A stretch of DNA of 59,456 nt, filler included, from Nemertoderma westbladi (Eukaryota; Animalia; Xenacoelomorpha), in assembly GCA_032718475.1 (NCBI GenBank). It is 3 parts of 3 records of this genome, joined end to end, with 100 filler letters (N's around TTAATTAATTAA, not from the genome) between each part and the next. Parts side by side here need not be neighbours in the genome. Positions count along the whole stretch, not along the records: positions 24,809 to 48,420 come from JAUCBJ010005786.1; positions 48,521 to 59,456 come from JAUCBJ010008298.1; 1 more part is not named here. The stretch is one strand, 5' to 3'. Below, piece by piece: positions 46,333-59,456 of this stretch. The notes below the pieces were generated by a model, which was not told the origin of the DNA, searched no databases, and saw only the letters and a program-made list of their open reading frames with translations. The position numbers and the translations under genes were made by a program. The number at the start of each line of letters is the position of its first letter. Position 1 is the stretch's first letter.

Positions 46333-47258
46333 CATGGCCTACTATATATACGGCCTAACATGTTGTCGATTTGGCCTTAAAAAAATAGTTTTTTTTTACA
46401 CTATTTTAATATTTTGATATGGGGAGAGTTCTATAAATTGCCATTTGCTGCAATTTGGTCAACGGTCGTAATTGAAGTCTCTTCGTTAAGCAAGATACTA
46501 AATTTTATGGTAGTGTTTTAGGTAGGTTTAGCTAGTAATTTCAACACTGGTTCCGACATCCTACTTCCCTCTATAAATTTTTTGTAGTAGCTAGTTCTTA
46601 TTACTATTTGTATAGAAAATGTTCCAGAACATGTTAGCTATTCATTTCTAAAAAAGTTATGTTCTAGAACAAATATTTTTTGTACTAGAACATTTTTTAG
46701 AAAAAAATCTGGATTCTATTTAAAACGCATGGAATCGTTCTAAAACGTGTTTAAAATCAATAAAAAAAATTTTTTTCAAAAAGTTTTTATTCACAATATT
46801 TTTTTTTCACAATTTTTTTTATTGATTTTAAACACGTTTTAGAACGATTCCATGCTTTTTAAATAGAATCCAGATTTTTTTCTAAAAATGTTCTAGAACA
46901 AAAAATATTTGTTCTAGAACATATTTTTTTTAAATTGAATAGCTAACATCTTCTGGAACATTTTCTATACAAATAGTAATAAGAATTAGCTACTAAAAAA
47001 TATGTATAGAGGGAAGTAGGATGTCGGAACCAGTGTCGAAATTACTAGCTAAACCTACCTAAAACACTATAGCTACCATAAAATTTAGTATGTTGCTTAA
47101 CGAAGAGACTTCAATTACGTCCGTTGACCAAATTGCAGCAAATGACAATTTATAGAACTCTCCCCATATCAAAATTTTAAAATAGTGTAAAAAAATACTG
47201 GCCTCTTTTTTTAAGGCCAAATCGACAACATGTTAGGCCGTATATATAGTAGGCCATG
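46333..47258. mobile_element. P/Galileo-like foldback, near-perfect palindrome of about 925 bp
   Basis: TIR CATGGCCTACTATATATACGGCC; arms of about 450 bp with almost no spacer; flanks GGTACGA/GGTACCA (7-bp TSD, one mismatch). Confidence 0.88.
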
Positions 47259-48420
47259 GGTACCATGTAAACATTATCGGCTACTATATTAGCATTAATT
47301 GTTTAAACAAATTTCACTTTTGTAAAAAAAAAGCATAAAGCAAAAAGCATTTACCCAGCATAAATGAGTTCTAGAAATAAAATATAACTATTGACAATAA
47401 TTAGGATAATTAACTCGCTGTGGTGTTTATTTTCGCTACATTATGGATTATATTGGCTACATTTCAGCTGTTATCACATACAATTGCAAATTATTAATTA
47501 ATATAAATTATTTCCAAATAACTTATAATCCTGCAACACGAAACAAAGTGGAGGAAACCGACGGAATCCGTTGGAACTAGATGGCTTCTCTCGTTGCAAA
47601 AGAGGCGCCACTCGAACTCCCAAGGTTGAACTAATCATTCCTTACAAGGGCAGTTCGGCCGGATCGAAGACGGGACCTCGCCGTTAAAACTGACTGACAG
47701 AAATCTGTCAAGTATAGCGACAATGTAGCAAAACAACCTGGAGCATTACGACCCTCGTCTCTTTTTGTCATAATCTACAGAAACCGACATCCACAAATTG
47801 ATTCTGCGATACCGAATCGGCACGGCGTCATGTGCAATATTTTCTGGAGACACTTTTAAAGTATCATAAACGTAAAATGCGAAGTCAGTCGCTAAATGGG
47901 TGTAAGTAAGATATTCTAACTCTTTAAAATGATGTTTATTAGGAACAGCATCACTGAAAATAAGATATAAGGTAAATAAACGTTTAAGTAACATATTACC
48001 TTTTGGACAATATTGTATAGTAGAGGGAAAATTCCATAGTTAGATAAAAAGGTATACTTTATATTACGCCAGAGTGAAGTAATCTCTCAACAGTGAAAAT
48101 AAAATAAGTGAATTTCAATTTATGTCTAAAAAGTCTTAGATTGGTAACAATTATTGATGATATTTAAATAAATTGTGATATTTTATTACAATTATTAATA
48201 AGTTATACTTTGGTAGAACATCAGTATTTTAGGTTACTTCACTATCTGAACATTGGATTGGGTGGGCGAAGAATTCCAGATCCAGAATAGCGGACTCGGA
48301 TGTTGTTTGAACACTATTGGTAGGCCTATATGTATTGAATACTGGTCAATGTGTGTCTGTGTACTATGTAAGAGCTGTCTGGGTCAGTATGGCATGTCTG
48401 CGTGCCGTATAGGGTATATT

Positions 48421-48520
48421 NNNNNNNNNNNNNNNNNNNNNNNNNNNNNNNNNNNNNNNNNNNNTTAATTAATTAANNNNNNNNNNNNNNNNNNNNNNNN
48501 NNNNNNNNNNNNNNNNNNNN
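48421..48520. other. Assembly gap with TTAATTAATTAA linker
   Basis: Same 100-nt spacer as 24709-24808. Confidence 0.97.
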
Positions 48521-49448
48521 ACGATACTGCTGCTGATTAAAGTATAAAACGTATTCTTTAGGAAATACTTTGTTACCAATCACAATCATACACACTATTC
48601 TGCCGACAGTCAGTATATTTGATCACACATAAAGAGAGCAGTAATTGACTCGCGTAGGGTCTGCTAAATAACATTGGATTCAATTCACACCACATTAATA
48701 TAAATCGCAATTGTTATTTATAGCCGGTCTCTCTAACCTGTAGTGTTATCAAGAAAATTGGGAATTGGGTGATTTATCCGTATTATCCCAATAGCGATAT
48801 TTCCATCAACAAATATTTACAATTAATAACTGACGGTAAAATAACAGTACAAACAATATGATTAATGAATTAGTGAGTGATTTAAGTCAGGATTGATGAG
48901 TTAGTTAGGTAACAGTTTATACTTTCGATAATTCAAGCAGTTTACGGTACAGCAGTATTGGTTACAAAATGCCGGTGTTTCTGGCTTAGACAGCAATAAC
49001 AACAAAAGTAACAACTCTCTCTCTCTCCCCAGTCAGACAGAACACTCTTCTTATGATCGGCAGGAAAGCTACACGTCGACAGGAAAAACCGCCCTGATTG
49101 GCCCAAGCCAAACAAAGAACCACGCGGCCAATGGCTGTTTCCATGTCAACAACCAGCTGCTAGATGTCGTAATATGAATCATCACGGCTAAGCTGTGAAA
49201 GGTGGTTTGTGCATTACAAGTTTTTGTCTTACCATGTCCGCTAAAACACGTATATAGCAGAATGATTTTTATGTCCGTTAAAACACCTGTAAAGGTACCT
49301 TGCGGGCGAGGGGAATATATATACAGTTAGAAAACCTTTTTTAGAGTATTCCAGCGCCGGGGGGGGAACTGGCCAACAAAGGCAAACGTATCAGTTATCC
49401 CACAAAAGCTTTTACAAGGAGTACGAGGTAAAAGTCAATGAGAATTCC

Positions 49449-49715
49449 GTGTCGATCTTTAAGTTGATCTTTAGTTTAGGCATTCCTTCAGTACACGAAT
49501 GTCTCACTATTGATGACGACCTTCATGTTCACCTTTCCTATGAGGGTGTCCCTCATCCACTACCATCATGGTTGCGAGCAACTCATAACTGTATAATAAC
49601 ATCAACAACTGTTATTTCCGAACTACTCAATTACTGCCGGACTAATAAGGATGAATCTGACTCCGTTATTCGGAGTCTGTTGGCCTTAAAGTTGTCCAAA
49701 CCTTGCGCCCAGAGA
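49449..49715 (+). pseudogene. Possible P-element/THAP9-type transposase fragment
   Basis: ECLTIDDDLHVHLSYEGVPHPLPSWLR resembles a segment I recall upstream of the catalytic domain in invertebrate P-type transposases; the ORF runs into the satellite. Confidence 0.4.
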
Positions 49716-49734
49716 GACTCGATTCTACAGGAAT

Positions 49735-50532
49735 ATTTTTCTACAGGGGGGTCACATGTTGAGTCCGAGCCCAGAGAGACTCTTTAAAACTGAGATAATT
49801 CTCTACAGGGGGGTCACACGTTGAGTCCGAGCCCAGAGAGACTCTTTAAAACTGAGATAATTCTCTACAGGGGGGTCACACGTTGAGTCCGAGCCCAGAG
49901 AGACTCTTTAAACTGAGATATTCCTCTACAGGGGGGTCACACGTTGAGTCCGAGCCCAGAGAGACTCTTTAAACTGAGATATTTCTCTACAGGGGGGGGG
50001 GGGGGGGGGGGGTCACACGTTGAGTCCGAGCCCAGAGAGACTCTTTAAAACTGAGATATTTCTCTACAGGGGGGTCACACGTTGAGTCCGAGCCCAGAGA
50101 GACTCTTTAAAACTGAGATATTTCTCTACAGGGGGGTCACACGTTGAGTCCGAGCCCAGAGAGACTCTTTAAAACTGAGATATTTCTCTACAGGGGGGTC
50201 ACACGTTGAGTCCGAGCCCAGAGAGACTCTTTAAACTGAGATATTTCTCTACAGGGGGGGGGGGGGGTCACACGTTGAGTCCGAGCCCAGAGAGACTCTT
50301 TAAAACTGAGATATTTCTCTACAGGGGGGTCACACGTTGAGTCCGAGCCCAGAGAGACTCTTTAAAACTGAGATAATTCTCTACAGGGGGGTCACACGTT
50401 GAGTCCGAGCCCAGAGAGACTCTTTAAAACTGAGATATTTCTCTACAGGGGGGGGGGGGGGGGGTCACACGTTGAGTCCGAGCCCAGAGAGACTCTTTAA
50501 AACTGAGATATTTCTCTACAGGGGAGTCACAC
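49735..50532. repeat. About 62-bp minisatellite, about 12-13 copies, variable G tract
   Basis: Unit TCTACAGGGGGGTCACACGTTGAGTCCGAGCCCAGAGAGACTCTTTAAAACTGAGATATTTC; G6 is expanded in three units. Confidence 0.95.
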
Positions 50533-51096
50533 AATTAATTTTCTGGTTTACGTTTAATTTTCAGGATTGTTACTCTATCTATTTAATTAATAAAGAGCCC
50601 TTATCAGGGCCATTGATGTGTTTTCACACTGGGGAATATTGGGTTGGCAATCCTAATAAAGTAATAAGTTAACATAAAATATAAAGAACGTTATAATAAT
50701 ATAAAGTAGACAATAATAATATAAAGTAATAAGTTAACATAAAATATATAAAGAACGTAATAATAATATAATGTAATAAGTCAAAATAAAATATATAAAG
50801 AACGTGATAATATTAATATAATTTACCTCCTTTTCTTTACATTTTCACTTTTTATATTTTGCTTAGGTTAACACGTTTTTAAGATTTTTTGTTTGCAATC
50901 TGAGCTGTGCTACTTGTTTTTTTTATTAATTAACAAGTTTATGAATATCACCAATTTATAAAAAAACACATGGGGAGTATAATTTACAAAATTATAATCG
51001 ATTTACAAGTAGAAACAAGTAGGCCCACTAAATTTAGTGGGCTGCTGCAGCATACCAGGTCGTATTATAGTAGGTCATGGCATTACCTTAACTAAA

Positions 51097-54000
51097 ATGT
51101 ATACTCTATTGTTGCTATACAATGTAAGAAGTTGCTTAAAATTAGAACGAAGAAAAAATCTTGCTAATGCTTTACTGCTGTTCAACTATGAACAGTGCCG
51201 GATTAACCTTAAGGCATATAAGGCACGTGCCTTTAGGGCCAGCCGAAAATACGGGCCATTTGTCCTCAACGAGTCATTCTTGTGAAAAAAATATTTTTAT
51301 CTGAAAAGTACACATTTTTTCTCACTAAAATTTATAGAAAACAAAGCAAGATAGTGCATCTTTCGACTACTTTCTATCCCTAAATTTCTGATAGAAAGTG
51401 CAAATTTCTAGCTCAGTCGACCGACAGGTGCTGTGATAGGCCGCGTTCACACCACTGCCCTCATGTATTGAATTTTGCATTCGATGGCCTTTTAGGTGCA
51501 ATTGCTGCGAAACCTAAAAGCATAATTGGGCAGCATAATTGAATTTGGTATATTAAAATTAGTGACAAAAAGTACTTATTTCCGAGACTGTTCTCTATCG
51601 GAGAACATTTCTTTCTCAGTAAGTCCAAATCTAGATCAGAAATATTATATCTTTGCACAAAGCCCACACTTTTGGTGTGTTATATTTCTCAGCAAGTCCT
51701 GTAGAGATAAGTATACCGTGCAAAACCTACCCTACAGAAAATAAATAACACATTCCCACGGTCCGATCAAAATTGCTAAATGCCTACAGGAGCCAGTCAG
51801 CCTTAAGGGGGCCAACTATAACCACCACAGAAATGAAATTTTCGAAAATTTGCACAAATTTTTGTAGTTTGATAGAAGGGATTTCATAAGGTGATATCGG
51901 TTTTCCACATTGAATTATTTTTTGACCTCAAAACTGCTCTTTTCAACAACATAATATATTGCTGATATTCATGACTCTCTGTATAAAACAACCTTTTTAT
52001 CAGTTTGTCGATTTTGAATTTTTTCATCACTAAATTCCCTACTACTATTTTATTTTTTACTCAATTGCCATCAAACATATACCAAAATGTTCAGCAGCTT
52101 TAGACTATATATTAATATTTGGACTTAATATTTTTCGAACAAACGGTTTATGAAGCTATCTATACTCAGTTTTCATAGTACTGTATATAAAAGATCACAG
52201 ATCATTGTGTTAAACTTTCAGAATAGTAGCTTTATAAATAAAACAAATAGATTTGGGGTAATGTTCCCATTAATATATTAAAAAATTTAAGCTTGAGAAA
52301 TTCTACCAAAACCATTACACATTTTATAGCAAAGGTTTTATAGGCATAATATGCCGTTTAGTAATGTTACAATTCTCGATGAAAACTATTTTTGCAAAGT
52401 GGGCCTACTTATTATTAAAGTACTTGTAGTTATTTGCACGCAGTCAGTCATCCAACGAAAATACTTTATATTTCCTTCGCAACATTTTCACAATTTCAGT
52501 TGTTTTTAGCAGCTTTTTCTTTTGAAAGAGTTTGCGGAAAAATATCAATTTTCGGGCCATTTTTAGAACTTTTTAAAATGTGCATTAGGGCCACCAGAGG
52601 CTTAATCCGGCACTGACTATGAATTGATATGTCTAACAGAAACGTGGTTGACACCAGATATAAAAAATAACGAACTATTTCTATCTGGATATCAGCTAAT
52701 ACATGCTGAAAGAGAGACACGAAATTCAATATCAACACATGGTGGAGCAATGATTGCAGTTCGCAATGGGATAAACTATGTGCCGATTAAACTCGACATC
52801 AATCCTATTCTGTCAAATTCAGCTGCTGCAGCGAAGTGTTCAATAAATGGTAAAACAATAGTTATCGCTTGTGTTTATAATCCTCCATCATCCAGCAATT
52901 ACAGACTAAGTATTGCTGTGAAATAAACAACTTGATGTCACAATTAAAAAGTCATCCTTACGATGAAATTATATTATGCGGAGATTTAAATATGCCTAAA
53001 ATAAACTGGTCTTCATATATATCAACAGATGAATATAACAATCACATATTGTCTATTGTGACATGGAACAATTAGTGACATTCCCTACATCGGATAGACA
53101 CCAGATTTTAGATCTATTCTGTATTACCAACTCACAACTTGTTACAAATGTTGAAATAGATAACCAATTTATAGATACAAAGTTATACAATTCAAATCAT
53201 CAACCGGTACTGATAACATTACATTTTGGTAATGATGATTCGATGTTAAAACAATTATCACAGATTAATTATAGTTTTTGTAAAGTTGATAAAGCTGCAA
53301 TTGCACACTACTGTAATTCTAATCCATTCCAAATTGATGAACACAAAGACATCCCAAAACCAGCCACAATACAGACTATAGTTGATGATAACTTAAATAA
53401 ATGGTATAATTGGATTTACGATATGATTGACTGCTGTGTACCAAGGCGAACTGTTCATCGTTCATCTTTACCTCCATGGGTTAGCCAAAGAACATTGAAC
53501 AAACTAAACAAACTAAAAACATTGGAATGTAAATTATTATTAAATCAAAATCTCCTAGAGAAGGTTGAATTCCTCCGAAGGGAAATAATAATTGATCTCG
53601 ATGTAGATCAATCAGAATATGAGGATAAATTATCGGATTTAAGTTCAACAGACAAACTATTTAAATATTTTAAAAGTCTTCGTCGAACAAATCCAATTAC
53701 ACCGATGGTAGAACACAATGGGAAAACAGCATGTTTACCAGTTGATTTTCATTCTATATTCATTACACCCGAGTTGAAAACAATTGAAATATTACCACCG
53801 ACTGATCCAAAATACAACCCACCATTATCGATGGTGACTGATGATTACGATGTTAGTGTACCAACAGTAAAGGTGATTCTAATGAAATTAGATACTTCAA
53901 AAGCGAAAGGTCCCAATAAATTGCCACCTTCATTCTTAAAAGCTTCCGCTGACCATATAGCATCATCATTTATTTACTTTCATAAAACAGTACAGTTATT

Positions 54001-55845
54001 ATCCAATCAAATGGAAATGTGCTAGTGTGAATCCTCAGTACAAGAAGGGAAATAGGATATAAGTCCCAATGTACAGACCAGTATCCCTACTGCCAATACC
54101 TTCGAAGGTATTGGAGAGTTGCCTCTTTTGTCCATTATACAAACAAGTACGTGATCAACTACACAATGCCCAACATGGTTTCTGTAAAAACCGATCAACA
54201 ATCACACAGATGCTTTTATTTATGGACAAGGTATACAATGCATACGATAATGGTCAAAGTATTGAGATTATTTATCTGGACTTCCAAAAGGCGTTCGACT
54301 CATTGAGTCATAAATCAGTATTGAATAAACTGTGGCGTCTTGGAGTCAGAGGATTGTTATGGTTCACAATTCGCAGTTATTTATTAGACAGGAGTCAGTT
54401 TGTCCGAATTGACGAAGCTCAATCACCGGTAGTTGATGTCGAAAGTGGTGCACCACAAGGATCAATCTTAGCTTCTTTCTGTATGTAGTCGACGCCAACG
54501 CCAATGATCTCTCAGATATATGTGTTTGTATGTAGCCGACGCCAACGATCTCTCAGATATATGTGTTGAGTGTTGAGAGTAATAGTAATCACTTTGCTGA
54601 CGATACGAAATTATTAGCTATCAGTAACCATGGTGAAAATCGCAACTTGCAAATAGATATTGACAATCTTGTAGAATGGGCAGATAATAGTGGACTTCGA
54701 TTCAATGCTGACAAATGCAAACAAATGGTAATAAATAATGATAACAATGAATCACGATTTCAATATGGTGACATAATGGAACGCACAAACAGTGAACGAG
54801 ATCTAGGTATGACAATTTCAGAGAAACTAACATGAGGTGAACATTTTGGGATGACCACTGTAGAAGACAAATAATGTCTTCTACATGATAAAGAGGAACT
54901 GTTCACACCGCATAAAATCAGATAGCCGATTGAACTTATATCATGGTATTACCAGTAATAATGTACGGATCACAATGTTGGTATGCTAGTAAGAGTGATC
55001 TCAAATCAGTCGAGTCAGTTCAGCGTCATATATCGGATTGGATATTGATTGGATATATATATCCAAACATATCTTATAAAGATAGATTGATCCGACTAAA
55101 CGTTTTACCAATATCTCTATACATTCAGCTTAATGATCTTACTTCACTTTCAAAAATTATTAATGATCATTATAATTTCTCTTGGCGCGACCATATTACC
55201 ATTGAACCTACATCATCACGTACAAACCAGGTACTGCATCGTAATAATAATTTCAAATTGAAAATACCACGAAAAGTACGTTGTGAACAAAACTTTTGGT
55301 ATCGTGCACCTTTACTGGCTAATACTAATGTTATATTTCTCGACAGGGTTGGCATCAAAGCGAGACTGATAAGACTTCTTCTGGAGGTATTTTTACTCTA
55401 ATTATGATATTGATAACTCATGTACATGGTAAGTAAACTGTAGATGTTCTAGAATGAATTGCCGTTTAGTAACGCTTAGTAACGTTTAGTAATTTTTACT
55501 ATAAATCGTTCATTGCTTATTTTATTGATTTTAAATATTTGATTCAAATCATAAACTTTTAATCAAATCTCTAAACCAACTTTTAGTGGAGTGGCTTAGC
55601 GCCATAAAAGGAAATTTATACAATGTATAGATTGTTCCATTTTAATGTATAATATCAAGATTGTTCGATTTTCTTATTGCTTAATTTTAATGTAAATAGT
55701 GTAGATTGTTAGATAAGTGTCAAACATTTTTATTTACAGACCTTATTTTATTTTAGTGTAACCCATTATCACAATATGTTCATGTTTTATTTTTATTTGG
55801 GGGAGGCCCCTTCATTATGTGCATACCACTAAAGAAAAAAAAAAG
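51097..55845 (+). mobile_element. Near-complete ORF2 of a CR1/L2-group LINE (APE endonuclease plus RT), pseudogenised
   Basis: LLLYNVRS...NYE|LICLTETWL...HGGAMI...YNPP...LDLF...NHQPV (APE); KAKGPN, YRPVSLL, QHGF, YLDFQKAFD, GAPQGS, FADDTKL, ERDLG (RT); several stops and frameshifts; A-rich tail at about 55831-55844. Confidence 0.92.
51193..52615. mobile_element. hAT-like non-autonomous element (CAG termini, 8-bp TSD) inside the LINE endonuclease
   Basis: TIR CAGTGCCGGATTAA/TTAATCCGGCACTG; TSD ACTATGAA at 51185-51192 and 52616-52623. Confidence 0.92.
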
Positions 55846-56479
55846 GTAATATTTTAAAGAAAATAATATATATGTGTGTTGCGGTATAGGCTATATCAGA
55901 AGTACATAATGTAAATTCATATTAATAATAATAATAATAATAATATTGTTCTTGCGTTATACCGGTTTATAAGGGTCCTGAATCCGATGGAATCAATAAA
56001 AACAGCACTGGACATCGCAAACTTGTACAATGGGTACGAAATTTGGTGGGTACGAAATGATGGGTACGAAATTTGGTGCTAGAACCAAAATTTGCCAAAT
56101 TACGCCGAAATACCGGTATACAACTAGCAATGATCTGGTATGTTAGAAATGTATTCCATTAGAATCAGCGCCCTAGAAAACCTGAAAATGTGAATTTCTA
56201 GCATCGTATAAGTGAATTAAACATTTTGTGTTCTAACTGAAAAGTGCTGGTTACTTGTTTTTTTCATTGTTTTCCTACGCAGAGAGGATTAAACAGCCAT
56301 TTATAGTTTTCATATCATTTTTAAATATTTTCCAATGTATTTTGCGCCACAGAAAACTTGTATTGTAAAACAATTAGCCGAAAAATGTAACTCTCAAATT
56401 TTGTGAAAATTGTGCACTACTTTGTAATTTTGGTGCTGCAATATAACCAGCCCAGTACATTTTTTCGAAATTCTTTTCG

Positions 56480-56651
56480 GTCGGATCCAGACTAGTGATA
56501 CCTACGCACAAACAAAAAATCAGACGTTTTCGTAAAAATTTGTAGATTTTAGAGGGGGGGTGGGGGTGGAAGGGTCAATATGACCCCCCCCCCCCCCCCC
56601 CCCCCCGGTATTTGTACAATATTTTATATATAGCCCGGTACTAATAGGGTT
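56480..56651. mobile_element. Probable piggyBac-like MITE right end
   Basis: Ends CCCGGTACTAATAGGG|TTAA; no matching left end found. Confidence 0.4.
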
Positions 56652-56944
56652 AAAGATAATACTACCTGTTTGCTGCTTACTGCATACTGTACACTTACTG
56701 TAATTAATCTCGGCCACATATTCTAACTGTCAGGACATGTACAGGTAAGTAATGATTTTGATACAGCTAAATATTAATAGTAATACTGAACATCACTTGC
56801 TATGACAGTAGGCCTATTGTCAGATGAACTTCTCATATTTCAAGGCCAGCTGTTTGTTCTTCCAATCTGCCAATACCACATCTGATTACTTCAACACACG
56901 AACTGAATGAAATCAATTAATGAAGCCGTACAACAAACTGATTA

Positions 56945-57515
56945 CTAAGACCGGACCAAATACCAGGAGTATGATACAGTATACTATCGATAGTTGGTCT
57001 GCACCTATAGACTTCCATTAAAAATTTTACATTGAAAAGCACTAGACCGGACCAAATACCAGGAATATATAAGCAATCACTTATTTGTGTTTCTAAATCA
57101 TTTAGCAACAGTATTGTTTTTGTTCTGGGGGGAGTTCCCCCGAGAAAAGGGTTTCTTTGGGGGACAAATCCAAAAATATAGGGCTTGGAATGTTTTGGCG
57201 TTGGTATTTAAAAATCCCATAATGCGGACCAAATGCCAGTAGTATATCATACTACCGGTATTTGGTCCGCACTATGGTATTTTTAAATATCTATAGCAGG
57301 TTTCCATTAAAAATTTAACATTGAAAACCATTAGGCTGGATAAATCCAAGAAATTGGGGCTTGGAAAGTTTTGGGGTTGGTATTAAAAAATCCAATAGCA
57401 TATGGACCAAATACCAGTAGTACAGTAGGCCTATATTATACTACCGATAGTTGGTCCGTGCATTTTCGGTATTAAAAGGTCACGTAGACATAGGGCAGAC
57501 CAAAAACCAGTAGTA
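56945..57515. repeat. Cluster of direct and inverted GGACCAAATACCAG repeats (MITE-like relic)
   Basis: Motif at about 56953, 57048, 57226, 57404 and 57497, with inverted TTGGTCC partners. Confidence 0.55.
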
Positions 57516-59456
57516 TGATACAGTAGGATGAGTGAGGGAGACTTGACTTTAGGGAAGACTTGATTTTTTTGAATAACTATTGTAAATTATTTGACAATAC
57601 CACACAATAATGTGTAAAATTCATGTTGGCTACACCCGCGCAACAATGTTTTATTAACTTTTGGATATTTTTTGTTTTATTGCCAATAAACGTTTTCTCG
57701 GTTCAAAAGTAAATTTTTACCCTTTACAACGAATGAAAATTTGCACCCTTATTTTATGTCAGGTTCATTGTAACTACCCACATGTTTTGACTATTTATTG
57801 CACTACACTGCCATATATTAATTTCCAGTTTTGTTTCAGCCGTTTTCAAATTATATCAATTAATATAAAAAAAGCCCATGTGGGGGAGACTTGACGTCCG
57901 AGTGTGTGAGAGACTTGAACTGGCCAATGCTAAAGTCTACCTAGAAATACACCCCCATAGAGAACCTTTACAGTTACACAAGGGAACTCCAACTGAGGTG
58001 AATGACACTTACGCAGCCAAAGCAAAGCGATCAATGGGAGGTGAATACAATGTGAAAGCAGATGTGAATGGTAGTCCTTGTTATTTGAACGACCACTTAA
58101 ATTGGAATAAAATTCTGGATAATAATTTGACTAATTAATAATCGCATTTTTTGTTTTTTCTCTGCTCTACTATAAAATAGACATGTTGAACATGTAATTA
58201 TTTCACCTATAATGGATTTTTGTACGAATTTACAAATATGGGATTGGGGGTTCAAGTCTCCCACCCTAGCTGCCAAGTCTCCCCCTATTGAGGGGGACTT
58301 GATGCTTTTTCGAAAATACAAATGATTGGTTTAGGGTTGAAATTCTCAAACTCTCACATAATGATAGCAATCATAAATGTAATATGATAAAGTTAAAACG
58401 GCATTGAAAAATTAATTTATTTGTTCTTTGGAACGATAATAACTTTTTGGGTTCAAGGTATCTATAACTTTTCTTTTGACGGAAGCAGTAGTTTAGCCTT
58501 TCGATAGCATCTCAATTCCGCTAGGTAATCAATCAAATGTTAGGTAGAGTACATTACATTGCCTCGTATGCCTATAGCTAGTATGCCTATGTATGTATAG
58601 TATGCTTCCGAATCTTTTAATTAAACCGCCCCCTTCAGACCTGATCTAACACAGCGGTCATCAAGCTTGCTCATTAACAATTACATACTGTAGATGGCCC
58701 TCCCTTCAATGAAGGGTATATTTTATTACCATACAGCCATATGGTCAAATATACATAACGACTAATCACCAGATATACACAAGACCTAACAACATGTTAG
58801 ATCGGGTACAGTACAACAAACCAGCTGGCACACAAACATTTATGTTGAATGGCCACTCGCATCAATATCTGTTTAATGTTATTACCAACCTATAATTATT
58901 CTTTGGGTTTATTGTTTAGCCATCCACACTATCGTCCCTGCTTTTCCATAAATGTTATGCAAATGGTGGGCTACCGTATATATTGTTATATTCCAAAGTT
59001 GAGCCAAAGTTACACGACTACAGCACAGTGTAGATCTAATCTTTAATAATTCATCACATTTCAGCATTTACACATGACCTAACAACATGTTAGGTATGGT
59101 ACAGTGTAATTTATCATTTATTGACAGACATGGACAGACGGCTAACAATTACCTACAGCACAGACCTAACTGCAGTGCAGTAGGTACCGGTACCGTTACC
59201 GCAGTACAGAATGTAATGGAATTGTAAAATGGGATCTCCAAACATTAAAGACCTGTATTTTTTTCTTTTTTTGTATAATAATGACATTCTAACCACATTA
59301 AAATAGTAAATTTATTTCGATATGTTTTCATCGCTATTAATGCGAATTCAAGTTTGCAAGCAGCTTTCTCATATCTTTTCTCAAACTCGAGTTATTAGCC
59401 AAAACGTAAGAACTACTCTATTTTTAAGAGGCCTTCGAGCAGGACGATAATTTCAA

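Noticed and set aside
47570-47760. Structured ncRNA in a GC-richer island
   Set aside because: Only a weak B-box-like TTCGATCC on the minus strand and a short hairpin; no family recognisable without an Rfam search.
49990-50465. Long G/C homopolymers as functional G-quadruplex elements
   Set aside because: Lengths vary erratically between otherwise identical units; slippage cannot be separated from sequencing or assembly error without reads.

Overview
AT-rich, transposon-saturated animal (invertebrate-like) genomic DNA with two scaffold gaps. There are three intact single-exon genes: FAF1 (5945-7906, minus), Dishevelled (34865-36742, plus) and a divergent histamine N-methyltransferase-like gene (44157-45182, minus). 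The rest is decayed LINEs (RTE, CR1/L2-type and one unassigned clade), tRNA-derived SINEs with a Nin-like core, several minisatellites, and about 15 non-autonomous DNA transposons. Many TIRs and TSDs can be read exactly, and several are confirmed by empty sites in paralogous copies inside the window. The most unusual signal is three elements with CAGT...ACTG ends and 5-bp TSDs, plus many N5-C(A/T)G-N5 scars, some confirmed against paralogs. These look like Tc1/mariner-style 3-nt excision footprints left by a 5-bp-TSD transposon. All calls were made by eye without database searches, and superfamily labels are inferred from termini and TSD length.
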